Assembly (NCBI GenBank): GCA_964486075.1
Contig: CAZALU010000006.1
Location: 55-64,054 of the forward strand
Length of the DNA stretch: 64,000 nucleotides
Source of the DNA: an uncultured Verrucomicrobiota bacterium
GTDB taxonomy: Bacteria; Verrucomicrobiota; Kiritimatiellia; JAAZAB01
Direction: 5' to 3'
Made by a program: the position numbers and the translations under genes. Under the pieces are notes generated by a model. The model saw only the letters and a list, made by a program, of their open reading frames with translations. It did not search any database and was not told the origin of the DNA. Shown here in pieces: positions 48,599 through 59,280 of the stretch (the stretch's first letter is position 1; each line of letters begins with the position of its first letter).

Positions 48599-49693
48599 TC
48601 ATTTATGATTGCGTCCGGCGGGTAACGCCATCAAAAGCGTGCTCGCTTGATCAGCAATAACACGCTCGGGCGAGGTGTTGAAGCAATCCCATTGGATCTC
48701 GACGGATGGGGCCTTGCGTTTCATCACGAGACGAGAGATCAACAGCGGGCCGATGATTTTGCCAAGGTCGGCGTAACGTCCAGAAAATACGATATGGTTG
48801 ATTCCTCCCATGGCGGCAATCCCGGCACCGCAGGCCAGGAGCAGGCGGTAATTCATAACCTCCCGGGCCAGCGATCCGTCATAACGCGTGGCGCTTAACA
48901 CCTGGTCCAGGGTCGTCCGCACTCCGGTCAGGCCCAGCAATCCGCTTTCGCGAGTCAACACCGCATCGATGCGCTCCGGCCCCCATTTCATTTTGTCGCT
49001 CAAGGTCATGATTATGCCGGGATCCAATTCCCCGCAAGTCGTCTGGCCGGGAAGGCCTTCCAGCGGGCTCAGCCCACCGGTGACCATAACTGGCCGATCG
49101 CGCAGGACGGCCGCCACTTCGGGCTGGGGCTCAAGGCAGACCGACACTATCCGGGGCACAGTCGGCAAATGACTGGCTTTGCGCAGGCGACAGACATGCG
49201 CGCAGGCCGCCGCATGAAGAATCCCTTGATGCCCGAATCGGCGCAGGGCGGCAGCATCCATCAATTCGGAATTCAGCGCATAATCCGCCTCCCGCTGGGG
49301 CAGCGCCACCAAGAAAGCGGTATCGAATATCAGGACCACGGGCTGGTCGGCATAATCATCCTGGAGAACCTTCAGCAGTTCAATGATTGCCGGCAGGCGC
49401 AGGGGTGACAGCGGTATCAGAGTTTCCAGGGAACTGAGCACATCGCCGATCAACAGCGTAGGGCGGTTGAAGATTTCACCGCCAAACGGAATACGAATCG
49501 CCCAAGCTCGGGGACGCTTGGCAACCGGTATCCCCTTCCGGCACGATTGCAATATGCTTTTCAAGGCCGGCCGGCACGCCGCGGCGCCACGATAATTGAC
49601 CATGCGCCCACTGCGCGATGGCAAGCTCTCGTTGCCGATAAACAAGGAAAAGTCCAGCAGCCTTGCGCCGGGATTTAAAACCAGAATATTCAT
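48599..49693 (-). CDS. acetate/butyrate kinase-family paralog with degenerate N-terminal phosphate-binding motif (possible pseudo-kinase)
   Basis: ILVLNPGARLLDFSL instead of ILVLNCGSSS; retains FDTAF, RFGHQG, ELDPG blocks. Confidence 0.55.
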   Translation of the reverse strand: MNILVLNPGARLLDFSLFIGNESLPSRSGRMVNYRGAAACRPALKSILQSCRKGIPVAKRPRAWAIRIPFGGEIFNRPTLLIGDVLSSLETLIPLSPLRLPAIIELLKVLQDDYADQPVVLIFDTAFLVALPQREADYALNSELMDAAALRRFGHQGILHAAACAHVCRLRKASHLPTVPRIVSVCLEPQPEVAAVLRDRPVMVTGGLSPLEGLPGQTTCGELDPGIIMTLSDKMKWGPERIDAVLTRESGLLGLTGVRTTLDQVLSATRYDGSLAREVMNYRLLLACGAGIAAMGGINHIVFSGRYADLGKIIGPLLISRLVMKRKAPSVEIQWDCFNTSPERVIADQASTLLMALPAGRNHK

Positions 49694-49711
49694 GACATTC
49701 CTCCGCAGCCG

Positions 49712-50920
49712 TTAGCCAGCCGCCTTGCGCAGCGCATCATAAGTGCCACGGGCTATCGCCAGCTCTTCATTTGTTTTAACAACCAGGATCCGTACCTCGC
49801 TGGAATCGGCTGCGACATCGGCGGGCAAGCCCGCCACGTCTTCATTCCGCCGCTCGTCAATTTTAACTCCGTAAAATCCCATATCCACGCAGACGCTCCA
49901 GCGGACCAACGGCATGGATTCGCCGATAGTATCGGTAAAGATTATCGCATCGGTGCGTCCCACGACCGCCAGATAGGCGCCCAGATATTTACGGATGCGC
50001 CAGAGATAGACTTGGGCGGTGCGGTTCATGCGCCGAGCGTGCTGTTTCGTTTTTGAAAGCGCGCCGAGCACATCGCGAATGTCGCCCGAAATTCCGGATA
50101 AGCCGAGCACGCCGCTGGATTTATTCAAGATGGATTCAACAGCCGCCGTGCTGCCCAACTCCTCGACCAGCAGTTTCAAAGTCACGCCAGGGTCCAGATC
50201 TCCGCAGCGGGTGCTCATGACCAAACCCTGCAGAGGCGAATAACCCATGGTGTTATCCACCGATTCACCGTTAACCACAGCGCAGAGGCTGGCCCCGCCA
50301 CTGCCCAGGTGACAACTGACCGCGTTAAAAGAATCCAGAGGACGCCCGAGAAAACGCGCGGCTTCTTCGACCACGTACTGATGGCTGGTGCCATGAAAGC
50401 CGTATTTACGGATGCCCATATCATCACGCAAAGCTTGCGGCAGAGCATAGGTCCGGGCATAATCAGGAATCGTGGCATGAAACGCCGTATCGAACACGGC
50501 TACCTGGGGCAAGCTGGTGTAACGGGAGCGGCAGGCCTCGATCAAGGCGGTAGCCGGCGGGTTATGCAGAGGCGCCAACCCCTGGATCGCCTTGAGAACC
50601 TTGATTGCTTCGCGGTCGACGACAGCCGGCCGGCTAAAATGAGAGCCACCATGCACCACCCGATGCCCGATGACATTCGGAATTAACGCCGCATCCCGCG
50701 CTAGAATGGCCATGATCTGGTCGAAGGCCGCAGCATGATTCGCCATGGGCGCAACGTGAATGGTTTCCCGCGCATTACATCTGTGGACAATGCGCGCCGG
50801 TTCGGCCGTTTTAGGCCCGATACGCTGGGCCTCTCCGGCCGCCAGTTCCTTTTCACCCGGCATGGAAATCAGGCGGTATTTCAACGACGAACTTCCGCAA
50901 TTCAACACCAGGATATTCAT
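49712..50920 (-). CDS. ackA: acetate kinase
   Basis: ILVLNCGSSSLKY, VAVFDTAFH, KYGFHGTSH, CGDLDPG. Confidence 0.85.
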   Translation of the reverse strand: MNILVLNCGSSSLKYRLISMPGEKELAAGEAQRIGPKTAEPARIVHRCNARETIHVAPMANHAAAFDQIMAILARDAALIPNVIGHRVVHGGSHFSRPAVVDREAIKVLKAIQGLAPLHNPPATALIEACRSRYTSLPQVAVFDTAFHATIPDYARTYALPQALRDDMGIRKYGFHGTSHQYVVEEAARFLGRPLDSFNAVSCHLGSGGASLCAVVNGESVDNTMGYSPLQGLVMSTRCGDLDPGVTLKLLVEELGSTAAVESILNKSSGVLGLSGISGDIRDVLGALSKTKQHARRMNRTAQVYLWRIRKYLGAYLAVVGRTDAIIFTDTIGESMPLVRWSVCVDMGFYGVKIDERRNEDVAGLPADVAADSSEVRILVVKTNEELAIARGTYDALRKAAG

Positions 50921-50928
50921 AGCATCTT

Positions 50929-52155
50929 TCATATTTCATCCGATGTCCACCCGCAGACGGGAATACCAACCAGACTATGTGCGATGACCGCGCTACCATA
51001 GAGCGCCGCGCTCAACTTGGCAAGTTCCACGTATTCCCCGGGGGCATGGGCCTGAGTTTCCAGCCCCGGACCGTACCCGACGGTTGGAATCTTGTATTCG
51101 TTCACCAGGACACTTCCGGCAGTTCCCATGCCCAGCCGGCCAAGCTGCCATTTGCCGGGCTTCACAGGGCTGCCGGCGGCTTCTAGGGCTTGCCGCGCCC
51201 GGTCCAGCATGGGATGGAAAGGATCCGTGCACCAGGCTCGGGTCACATGCCGCACAACATTAACCTTGCCGGTATAAAGCCGGTGTTTTTCCTGACGCAC
51301 CATGACATCCACGGCCACCTGGCCGCCGGCCGATCCGGCCACTTTGGCCATGCCTTTCTGCACCTCGCCCAGCACGTTTTCAATGTCCTCGTCCGCCTCC
51401 ATGCGGCGCGCCAGCCTGAGCGATGCCGAACGTCCCCCCTTCCCGTTCCGGAAATCGAGTTCTGAAACCTTAAGCATCTCGCGCTGCAGCCGGCCATCGA
51501 CGCTGCGCACGGATCCCTGCCCCAAATCGCCGACAATGGCGTTCACGGCGTCATCCACTTCAAACGGATTCAAGCCCTCGACCCGCACATCCAATTCCAT
51601 CCAGCCGTCATGCCCATAATACAAGCCCAGATCAGTGGGTTCACCCAGCATAACAAAATCGGGCTTCAATCCAAGATCAGGCAGGGTGCTCTCGATCAAT
51701 CCGCGCAAGCCGATGCTTAGCCCGTTTTCTTCCGCCGTGGTCGCGGCGACAATCAGGTTGCCCTTGAGAGGCAAGAGGCTGCGTTTTAGAAGGCTGCCGG
51801 CAAAAATTTGCGCGGCTAAGCCGCCCTTGCAATCGGCCGACCCTAAGCCATAAAGACGCCCGTCAGCAATCTTGCCGCTCAGGGGATCCTTCTCGTTGTC
51901 CGACGGAGCGACCGTATCCATGTGGCAATTAAGCAGGATCGTGGGCGCCTGCCGAACGCCGGACAGCAGGCCGACGACATTGCCGAAATCATCACGAAAA
52001 ACCTTGTGATAGCCTTGCGCTTGCATTGCGGATTCGACCAGATCACCCACCTTGGATTCATTCAGGCTGGGGCTCTCAGTTCGCACCAACTGCTGCGCGA
52101 AATCAACGGCTTCTCCCTGCAAACTGTGCATTTTGTCCTGTAAAATCTTATACAT
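50929..52155 (-). CDS. M20-family metallohydrolase (ArgE/DapE/YgeY-like)
   Basis: NCHMDTV, GSADCKGG, ATTAEEN blocks; AGGAGA RBS. Confidence 0.65.
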   Translation of the reverse strand: MYKILQDKMHSLQGEAVDFAQQLVRTESPSLNESKVGDLVESAMQAQGYHKVFRDDFGNVVGLLSGVRQAPTILLNCHMDTVAPSDNEKDPLSGKIADGRLYGLGSADCKGGLAAQIFAGSLLKRSLLPLKGNLIVAATTAEENGLSIGLRGLIESTLPDLGLKPDFVMLGEPTDLGLYYGHDGWMELDVRVEGLNPFEVDDAVNAIVGDLGQGSVRSVDGRLQREMLKVSELDFRNGKGGRSASLRLARRMEADEDIENVLGEVQKGMAKVAGSAGGQVAVDVMVRQEKHRLYTGKVNVVRHVTRAWCTDPFHPMLDRARQALEAAGSPVKPGKWQLGRLGMGTAGSVLVNEYKIPTVGYGPGLETQAHAPGEYVELAKLSAALYGSAVIAHSLVGIPVCGWTSDEI

Positions 52156-52522
52156 TACCGTTCTCCTATGGAGTTTCCCAATATGTTTCCGACACTTATA
52201 TATATATAGCAGGTTGCATGCCAAGTTTATTAAGAATTAAAAACATAGCTATCTAGTTGTCAATCAATAATATAAATTTTCTTTCCATTAATGCTCTTTT
52301 TTGCAATACTACTACATATTTGAATCACACCAATTCATTATGAAATATTTAAGGCTTTAACCATGCGAAACCTTGATAACAAAAACAAGCGCAGGGATTC
52401 CACCTGTGGCGGATATCCGCCTTCGACGGAAAACCCTGCGCTACCTTGGTTGCAGGCACAACCCGCCTTGGAGTATTATGGCCGTGTGTCTTTCACGAAC
52501 CCTGAACCCTTAATCCTAGCCC

Positions 52523-54157
52523 ATGATTATGAAAGCTGACGACCTTAAACTAAATGAGCTGGTGGATTTTTCCGAAGGCTGGCTGGGCCTGCACGGCAGG
52601 CGCCTGGTGCTGCACGATATCCACGCCTTTGCCCAGTTCCGCAAGGATTTGGTAGACACGATCGGGCCGGGGCCCGCCCGCCGCATGTTCACGCGCTTCG
52701 GCTATTTCTGGGGGCAGGCCGATGCCGCGGCCATGAAACGGGTTTTCGAATGGGACAACCTTGAGGAGTGGATCAAGGCCGGCCCCCGCCTGCATACGCT
52801 GCAGGGCGTGGCGCGCAGCGTTATTAAATCACTGCAAGCGGATGCGTTGGCCAAACGCTTCCAGATGGAAGTCGTCTGGCACGATTCGGGCGAAGCCGAG
52901 GAACATATCATTGAACTGGGCAAAAGCGTTGAGCCGTCCTGCTGGATGCTGACCGGCTACGCCAGCGGCTATGCGTCGTTCTGCCTGAACACGGAAATCT
53001 TTTTCGTCGAAAAGCAATGCCTGGCTAATGGCCATCGTGCCTGTATCGCCATCGGGAAGGACCGCGCCGCCTGGGGCTCGGATATCAAGCCGTACCTGGA
53101 CTTTTTTCAGGCGGAGGACATTCACGGCAAAGTCATATTTCTAACCATGGAATTGAAGAAAAAAACGACTGAGTTGGCCCGTCAGAACCGCAAAATACAG
53201 GAACTCTCCCGGGAGTCCGCGCCGCCTTTATTTGTGGAGGCGCACAGCGAAGCCTTCCGCAAGGTGCTGGCCGTGGCCCACCAGATAGCGAACTTCGACA
53301 CCGCCATTCTGATTACCGGCGAAACGGGCACCGGCAAGGAAGTGCTGGCCCGTTACATCCACAACCAATCGCCCCGCTCCAAGCATCCTTTCGTGGGCGT
53401 CAATTGCGGCGCCTTGCCGGAAACCCTGCTGGAAAGTGAATTGTTCGGCCACAAGACAGGCTCTTTTACCGGCGCGATCAACAATCGCACCGGTTTGTTC
53501 GAAGAAGCCGGCGAAGGCACTATTTTCCTGGATGAAATCGGCGACATCACCCCGGCCATGCAATTAAAAATCCTGCGTGTGCTCCAGGAACGCGAAATCC
53601 GGAGGGTCGGGGAAAGCAAGTCGCGTTCCATCTCCGCACGAGTTATAGCAGCCACGAACCGCAACCTGGTCGAAGCCATCGCCGCAGGCCGGTTCCGGGA
53701 AGATCTGTTCTATAGATTGCGAGTTGTGGAAATCAAGATTCCGCCACTGCGGGCACGCCGGGAGGATATCGTGCCCCTGGTCCGTTATTTTGTCGGCAAG
53801 ATAGCGCATAAACTGAAACTCCCCTGCCTGCGGCTGGACGCCCGCTGCCTGGATATTCTCCTGAATTATGCCTGGCCGGGCAATGTGCGTGAGCTGGAGA
53901 ACGCCGTCGAACACGCCGCTGTTTTTTCGAAGGAAGGACTGATCGTCCCGGAATATCTGCCGGCCCACATTATCCACGCCCGCCCGCCCACCCTCTCCTC
54001 CGCGCAGGCCATGCAACGTTCGCTGGCAGAGGTCGAGCAGGATCACATCCGGCAGGTCCTAGAAGCGACCGGTAACAACCGCGCCCAAGCCGCGCGGACC
54101 TTGGGCATAAGTCCGGTGACCTTGTGGCGTAAACTAAAAAATCAGGAGAACCCATGA
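52523..54157 (+). CDS. sigma-54-dependent transcriptional activator with XylR-N/V4R sensor domain and Fis-type HTH
   Basis: ILITGETGTGKEVLARYIH, ESELFGH, GSFTGA (GAFTGA), C-terminal HTH. Confidence 0.85.
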   Translation: MIMKADDLKLNELVDFSEGWLGLHGRRLVLHDIHAFAQFRKDLVDTIGPGPARRMFTRFGYFWGQADAAAMKRVFEWDNLEEWIKAGPRLHTLQGVARSVIKSLQADALAKRFQMEVVWHDSGEAEEHIIELGKSVEPSCWMLTGYASGYASFCLNTEIFFVEKQCLANGHRACIAIGKDRAAWGSDIKPYLDFFQAEDIHGKVIFLTMELKKKTTELARQNRKIQELSRESAPPLFVEAHSEAFRKVLAVAHQIANFDTAILITGETGTGKEVLARYIHNQSPRSKHPFVGVNCGALPETLLESELFGHKTGSFTGAINNRTGLFEEAGEGTIFLDEIGDITPAMQLKILRVLQEREIRRVGESKSRSISARVIAATNRNLVEAIAAGRFREDLFYRLRVVEIKIPPLRARREDIVPLVRYFVGKIAHKLKLPCLRLDARCLDILLNYAWPGNVRELENAVEHAAVFSKEGLIVPEYLPAHIIHARPPTLSSAQAMQRSLAEVEQDHIRQVLEATGNNRAQAARTLGISPVTLWRKLKNQENP

Positions 54158-54618
54158 AAAACCCCATGCATGCGGCAATCGAATCCGCCCGGGAGGGCAT
54201 CCGTAAGGGCCACGGCGGACCGTTCGGTGCCTGCATTGTGAAGCAAGGCCAGATTATTGCAACTGCCCATAACACGGTCCTGCTGGAGCACGATCCGACT
54301 TGTCATGCCGAAATCAACGCGATCCGTCAGGCTTGCCACAAACTGCAGACCCATAATCTGAGCGGCTGTGTTCTATACGCGACCGCGGAACCCTGCCCCA
54401 TGTGCCTGAGCGCCATATATTGGGCCAGAATTGACGCCATGCAGGTCGGTGTGCCGATTAAGGTTGCGGCTAAAGCCGGCTTCGACGATAGCCGTATCAG
54501 TCAAGAACTCAAGCGACCTCCAAGCCGACGTCTGATTCCCATGCGCATTGGAGTCATGGAGGCGTCCTGCCGGAAACTATTCGAGGAGTGGAGTACAAGG
54601 CAAGGCCTTCTTTATTAA
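54154..54618 (+). CDS. CDA-fold nucleoside/nucleotide deaminase (guanine deaminase/TadA-like)
   Basis: HAE...PCPMC zinc motif. Confidence 0.75.
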   Translation: MKNPMHAAIESAREGIRKGHGGPFGACIVKQGQIIATAHNTVLLEHDPTCHAEINAIRQACHKLQTHNLSGCVLYATAEPCPMCLSAIYWARIDAMQVGVPIKVAAKAGFDDSRISQELKRPPSRRLIPMRIGVMEASCRKLFEEWSTRQGLLY

Positions 54619-54670
54619 AATTCAGCGCCACAGCACGGCACCCAACATTCACCGGCCGACCTCGAACGCC

Positions 54671-57355
54671 TTAAACAGTCTGGCTCTTCAGCATATCCAA
54701 TAACCGACGGTATTTTTCACATTTTTCCAGTATTTCACGGCGGCGGGTCTGTTGCAGAGCAATGACGTCAGGAGGCGCCTTCTGAACAAAAGCTGCGTTG
54801 TCCAACTTCTTGTCGATGCCGGCCAAGCCGGCTATCGCCTTCTCCAATTGTCCGGTCAGACGCAGGGATTCAGCCGCCACATCGATCACGCCTTCGATCG
54901 ACATGTAGAGATTGCCCAGTCGGCTGAGTCCGTTGGGCATCGGACAAGGTGGCGCAAAGCCGGCGTCTATTGCAAGCGGATCAGCCCGCAGCATGGCGGC
55001 AATCGAATCCCGGTCGGCCTGCAGCAGGGCTGCCAGCTCGCCGTTTTCCGGCTTGACGATATAGCGGATCTTCATGGCCGGCGCAATCCCGTAATCGGCG
55101 CGCAAAACCCGTCCGATCCGAATCAGGTCATGCTTGCGCTCCACATAGTCCACCAGTGCGGCGGATACCCCCAGTCCCGTCAAATCCTCCAGCGGCTTCG
55201 GCCAGGGAGCGCACATAATCGTTGCGGATTCCGCGCCGTAGCCCATGCCGTGCCAGAGCTCCTCGGTAATGAACGGCGTCAACGGGTGCAATAACTTCAA
55301 GACCTGGGCAAAAACATAATGCATTACCCGGAGTGCCTGTTCCTTGGCAACGGGATCGCTCCCGTTAAAGACGATCTTGACCGACTCGATATGCCGGTCA
55401 CAGAACTGGTGCCAGATGAATTCATACAGGTCCTTGGCCGCATCGTTGAAACGGGAACGCTGTAAGTTTTCGGTGCAGGCGGCAATCGCCTTATGCAAAC
55501 CCGCGATGATGTGCTGGTCGTCGGGGCGCAGGCAAGCGGGATCCCAGGTCGGCCCGACCAGATCCGCGGTCACAATCGACGCCGAATGCATTTGCATGAA
55601 GCGGGCGGCATTCCAGATCTTGGTCATAAAATTGCGCCCGATCTCGAATTTATCATTGGAGAGGAACACATCCTGACCGGTTGCCGTAACCATGATCAGG
55701 CTGAAACGGAGGGCATCGGCGCTGAAAGTATCGATCACGGCCAGGGGATCGATCGAGTTGCCCAGGCTCTTACTCATTTTGCGCCCCTTATCGTCGCGTA
55801 CCGTCCCGTGAATAATCACTTTGCGGAACGGGATCTTACCCATGAACTCCAGGCCGGACATGATCATACGGGCCACCCAGAAAAAAATTATTTCGGACCC
55901 CGTCACCAGCGTGTCGGTGGGATAATAAAACTCAATATCCTTATTGGGGGCCGGCCACCCCAGGGCACTGAACGGCCAAAGCCAGGAGGAAAACCAGGTG
56001 TCCAACACATCCGTATCCTGGCGGATATTCAGAGAACGACAGGCCGGACAGCCTTCCGGCTGGCCCTTGGCCGCCCATTCATGGCGGCATTCGTCACAGT
56101 AAAACACGGGAATCCGGTGCCCCCACCAGATCTGGCGCGAAATGCACCAGTCGCGGATGTTCTCCATCCATTCGAGATAGACCTTGGTCCAGCGCTCCGG
56201 CAAGAATTCTATTTGGCCGGAACGGACGGCCTCGATCGCCGGCTGAGCCAGCGGCTGCATTTTCACAAACCACTGGAGCGACAGGCGCGGCTCGACCACT
56301 GTGTCACAGCGGTAGCAATGTCCGACAGCATGCATGTGGGGTTCGATTTTCTCCATCAAGCCTGCCTCAGTCAGCTCCGCCACGATCCGTTTGCGGCACT
56401 CGAAACGATCCAGACCGCAGTATGGGCCGGCAGCTTCGTTGAAGGTGCCATCCGCATTCATGACGTTGATCGGCTCGAGTCCGTGACGGCAGCCCATCTC
56501 GAAATCGTTGGGATCGTGGGCCGGGGTGACCTTGACCGCGCCGGTACCAAACTCGGGATCCACGAAATCGTCCTGGATCACCGTCAGCACCCGCTTGAGA
56601 ACAGGCAACAACAATTCCTTGTCGGCCAGGCCGGCATAGCGCGGGTCGCGCGGATTAACGGCAACGGCCACGTCGCCCAGCAGGGTCTCCGGACGGGTAG
56701 TGGCTACGATCACGGACTCTTTATCGCCACCGCCTTTGACAAGATAGCGAATATAATAGAGATGCCCGTTGGTCTCGACATGCTCGCTTTCCTCGTCGGA
56801 AAGCGCGGTGCGGCAGCGGGGACACCAGTTGATGATGTAATTACCCCGATAGATCAGTTTTTTTTCATACAGCCGGATAAACACATCGGCCACGGCGTCG
56901 CTGAGTCCCTGGTCCATGGTGAAGCGTTCGCGATCCCAATCACAGGCCGCGCCCAATTTCTTCAACTGGCGGATAATCGTGCTGCCGTACTGTTCGCGCC
57001 AGGCCCAGACGCGTTTGATAAACTCATCCCGCCCAAGGTCATCCCTAGTTTTTCCTTCCTTGCGCAGGGCGCGCTCGACAACGTTCTGGGTGGCAATCCC
57101 CGCATGATCGGTACCTGGGATCCAGAGCGTATTCCGGCCCTGCATCCGCCGCCAGCGAATGAGGATATCTTGAATGGTCACGTTAAGCGCGTGGCCCATG
57201 TGCAGGATACCGGTCACATTGGGAGGCGGAATGACGATGCTGTACGGCTCGCCGCCCCGGTCCGCCTCGGCGTGAAAGGCCCCCTGTTCCAGCCAACGGC
57301 GATACCATTTTTCCTCGACTGCTGCCGCGTTATAGTTTTTGTCCAATTCTGGCAT
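54671..57355 (-). CDS. valS: valyl-tRNA synthetase
   Basis: HMGHALN (HIGH), KMSKSLGN; about 895 aa; C-terminal coiled coil. Confidence 0.9.
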   Translation of the reverse strand: MPELDKNYNAAAVEEKWYRRWLEQGAFHAEADRGGEPYSIVIPPPNVTGILHMGHALNVTIQDILIRWRRMQGRNTLWIPGTDHAGIATQNVVERALRKEGKTRDDLGRDEFIKRVWAWREQYGSTIIRQLKKLGAACDWDRERFTMDQGLSDAVADVFIRLYEKKLIYRGNYIINWCPRCRTALSDEESEHVETNGHLYYIRYLVKGGGDKESVIVATTRPETLLGDVAVAVNPRDPRYAGLADKELLLPVLKRVLTVIQDDFVDPEFGTGAVKVTPAHDPNDFEMGCRHGLEPINVMNADGTFNEAAGPYCGLDRFECRKRIVAELTEAGLMEKIEPHMHAVGHCYRCDTVVEPRLSLQWFVKMQPLAQPAIEAVRSGQIEFLPERWTKVYLEWMENIRDWCISRQIWWGHRIPVFYCDECRHEWAAKGQPEGCPACRSLNIRQDTDVLDTWFSSWLWPFSALGWPAPNKDIEFYYPTDTLVTGSEIIFFWVARMIMSGLEFMGKIPFRKVIIHGTVRDDKGRKMSKSLGNSIDPLAVIDTFSADALRFSLIMVTATGQDVFLSNDKFEIGRNFMTKIWNAARFMQMHSASIVTADLVGPTWDPACLRPDDQHIIAGLHKAIAACTENLQRSRFNDAAKDLYEFIWHQFCDRHIESVKIVFNGSDPVAKEQALRVMHYVFAQVLKLLHPLTPFITEELWHGMGYGAESATIMCAPWPKPLEDLTGLGVSAALVDYVERKHDLIRIGRVLRADYGIAPAMKIRYIVKPENGELAALLQADRDSIAAMLRADPLAIDAGFAPPCPMPNGLSRLGNLYMSIEGVIDVAAESLRLTGQLEKAIAGLAGIDKKLDNAAFVQKAPPDVIALQQTRRREILEKCEKYRRLLDMLKSQTV

Positions 57356-57404
57356 TCTGACTCCTCGCACCAATCTTTGAGCGCCGCTTTTCTGCTGACA
57401 CTGG

Positions 57405-57600
57405 CGGGAAACCCAGGGGGCGTTCCCGCCCTACAATCCGGAGCGTCCTGCTGTAGGGCAGGACATGTTCTCCCGGCCTCCCGGAGGGTCGGGACGGCAT
57501 TGCCCGCCGCAGGCGGGAAACCCAGGGGCGTTCCCGCCCTACAATCATGAGCGTCCTGCTGTAGGGCGGGGACGCCCTACGGGCTTCCCGCCTCCTCTCT
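57405..57600. repeat. cluster of REP-like hairpins (GTAGGGCGGGRACGCCCTAC, GGCGGGAAACC...GGTTCCCGCC)
   Basis: about 105-bp unit repeated twice; related copies at 59468-59502 and 63808-64000. Confidence 0.7.
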
Positions 57601-57621
57601 TGCGCAATGGCCCAGCGGACA

Positions 57622-59223
57622 TCAATCCGGCTTTTTTTGTTTGCGTTTACGCGCTTCCTGTTCGTCGCGCAGGAGCTTGTATTCCACACTATCCACCAGT
57701 GCCTCCCAGGAAGCCTCGATGATATTCTCGGATACACCCACCGTGCCCCAGGAACTTTCGCCGTCGCCGGATTCGATTACGACGCGGGTCTTGGCCGCCG
57801 TCGCCTCTTCGGGATCCAGGATGCGTACATGGTAATCCGTCAAAGCCATCTTAGCGATGGACGGGTAAAACCGGATCAGGGCCCGCCGCAAAGCGTTGTC
57901 CAGGGCATTGACCGGGCCGCCACCCTCACTGACCACGTGTTCGATCTCGCCGCCCACGTTCACCTTGACGGTGGCCTCTGAAACACAGGGCTCCGTCCTG
58001 CTGCGTTTCTCGACAATGACCCGGTATCCTTCCAGGCCAAAGTATGAGCGATGCCGCTTGAGGACTTTTTGGATAAGCAACTTAAACGAGGCATCGGCCG
58101 CCTCGAACTCATAGCCCTTCTTTTCCATCTGCTCCAGCTTGGTCAGCACCTCGCGGATCTCCGGAGATGATTTGCTGAGTTCGACGCCCATCTGGATCGC
58201 CTTGAGCGAAACATTGCTGCCCCCCGAAAGCTCGGAAATCAGGATACGGCGCGCGTTACCCACGGCTTCGGGCTCGACATGCTCAAAACTGCGCGGATTC
58301 TTCTCCACAGCGTTGACGTGCATGCCCGCCTTGTGGGCAAACGCGCTTTCCCCGACATAAGCCGCCTTGCGGTTATGCGGCAGATTAAAAAGCATATCCA
58401 CGAAACGCGACAAGCCGGTCAACTGGCCCAAGGCGCCTTTACGGGCACATTGGAACCCCAGCTTCAGTTCCAGACTGGGTATTATGGCACACAGATTGGC
58501 ATTCCCGCAGCGCTCGCCATAGCCGTTGATTGTGCCTTGCACCTGCACGGCGCCGGCGCGCACGGCCGCGATGGAGTTGGCCACCGCCAGCTCGCTGTCA
58601 TTATGACAATGAATGCCCAGCGGCGCGCGGACGGCCTGCGCCACCAGTTGGGTGATGTCGTAGATCTCATTAGGCAGACTACCCCCGCGCGTGTCGCACA
58701 GCACCAGGCTGTCGGCCCCGCCCTCCAAAGCCGCCTGCAACACACCCATGGCAAACGCCGGGCTGTCTTTATAGCCATCGAAGAAATGCTCGGCATCGAA
58801 AATGACCTGCCGCCCGTGTTCCTTAAGGAAACGCACAGTGTCCCTAACCATGGCGCGGTTTTCCGTTTCCGTGGTGCGAAGCACGTCACTAACCTGTAAC
58901 TTCCAGGATTTACCAAAAATAGCGGTCACCTCCGTGGGCGCTTCGATCAACTGGCGCGTGCCCTGGTCCTCACCTATCGGCGTGTTCGCCCGCCGCGTGC
59001 TGCCGAAGGCCACGATCTTGGCATGGGTCAGCTTGCGCTTACGGATTTCATAGAAAAACTCCATGTCCTTAGGGTTGGACGCCGCATATCCGCCCTCGAT
59101 GAAATCCACTCCGTATTCATCGAGTTTCAGCGCCAGCCGGATTTTACCGACGCTCGAAAGTGATACCCCTTCTCCCTGCATTCCGTCACGTAGAGTTGTA
59201 TCGTATATCTGTATTTTTTTCAT
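57622..59223 (-). CDS. cimA: (R)-citramalate synthase / LeuA-family
   Basis: IYDTTLRDGMQGEGVS; HCHND; start at MKKIQ after GGGAG. Confidence 0.75.
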   Translation of the reverse strand: MKKIQIYDTTLRDGMQGEGVSLSSVGKIRLALKLDEYGVDFIEGGYAASNPKDMEFFYEIRKRKLTHAKIVAFGSTRRANTPIGEDQGTRQLIEAPTEVTAIFGKSWKLQVSDVLRTTETENRAMVRDTVRFLKEHGRQVIFDAEHFFDGYKDSPAFAMGVLQAALEGGADSLVLCDTRGGSLPNEIYDITQLVAQAVRAPLGIHCHNDSELAVANSIAAVRAGAVQVQGTINGYGERCGNANLCAIIPSLELKLGFQCARKGALGQLTGLSRFVDMLFNLPHNRKAAYVGESAFAHKAGMHVNAVEKNPRSFEHVEPEAVGNARRILISELSGGSNVSLKAIQMGVELSKSSPEIREVLTKLEQMEKKGYEFEAADASFKLLIQKVLKRHRSYFGLEGYRVIVEKRSRTEPCVSEATVKVNVGGEIEHVVSEGGGPVNALDNALRRALIRFYPSIAKMALTDYHVRILDPEEATAAKTRVVIESGDGESSWGTVGVSENIIEASWEALVDSVEYKLLRDEQEARKRKQKKPD

Positions 59224-59280
59224 GGTCATCTCCCGATTAAATAAGGCTCCGCGGCGGAGCGCCTTTATCCCAAGGTAGGG

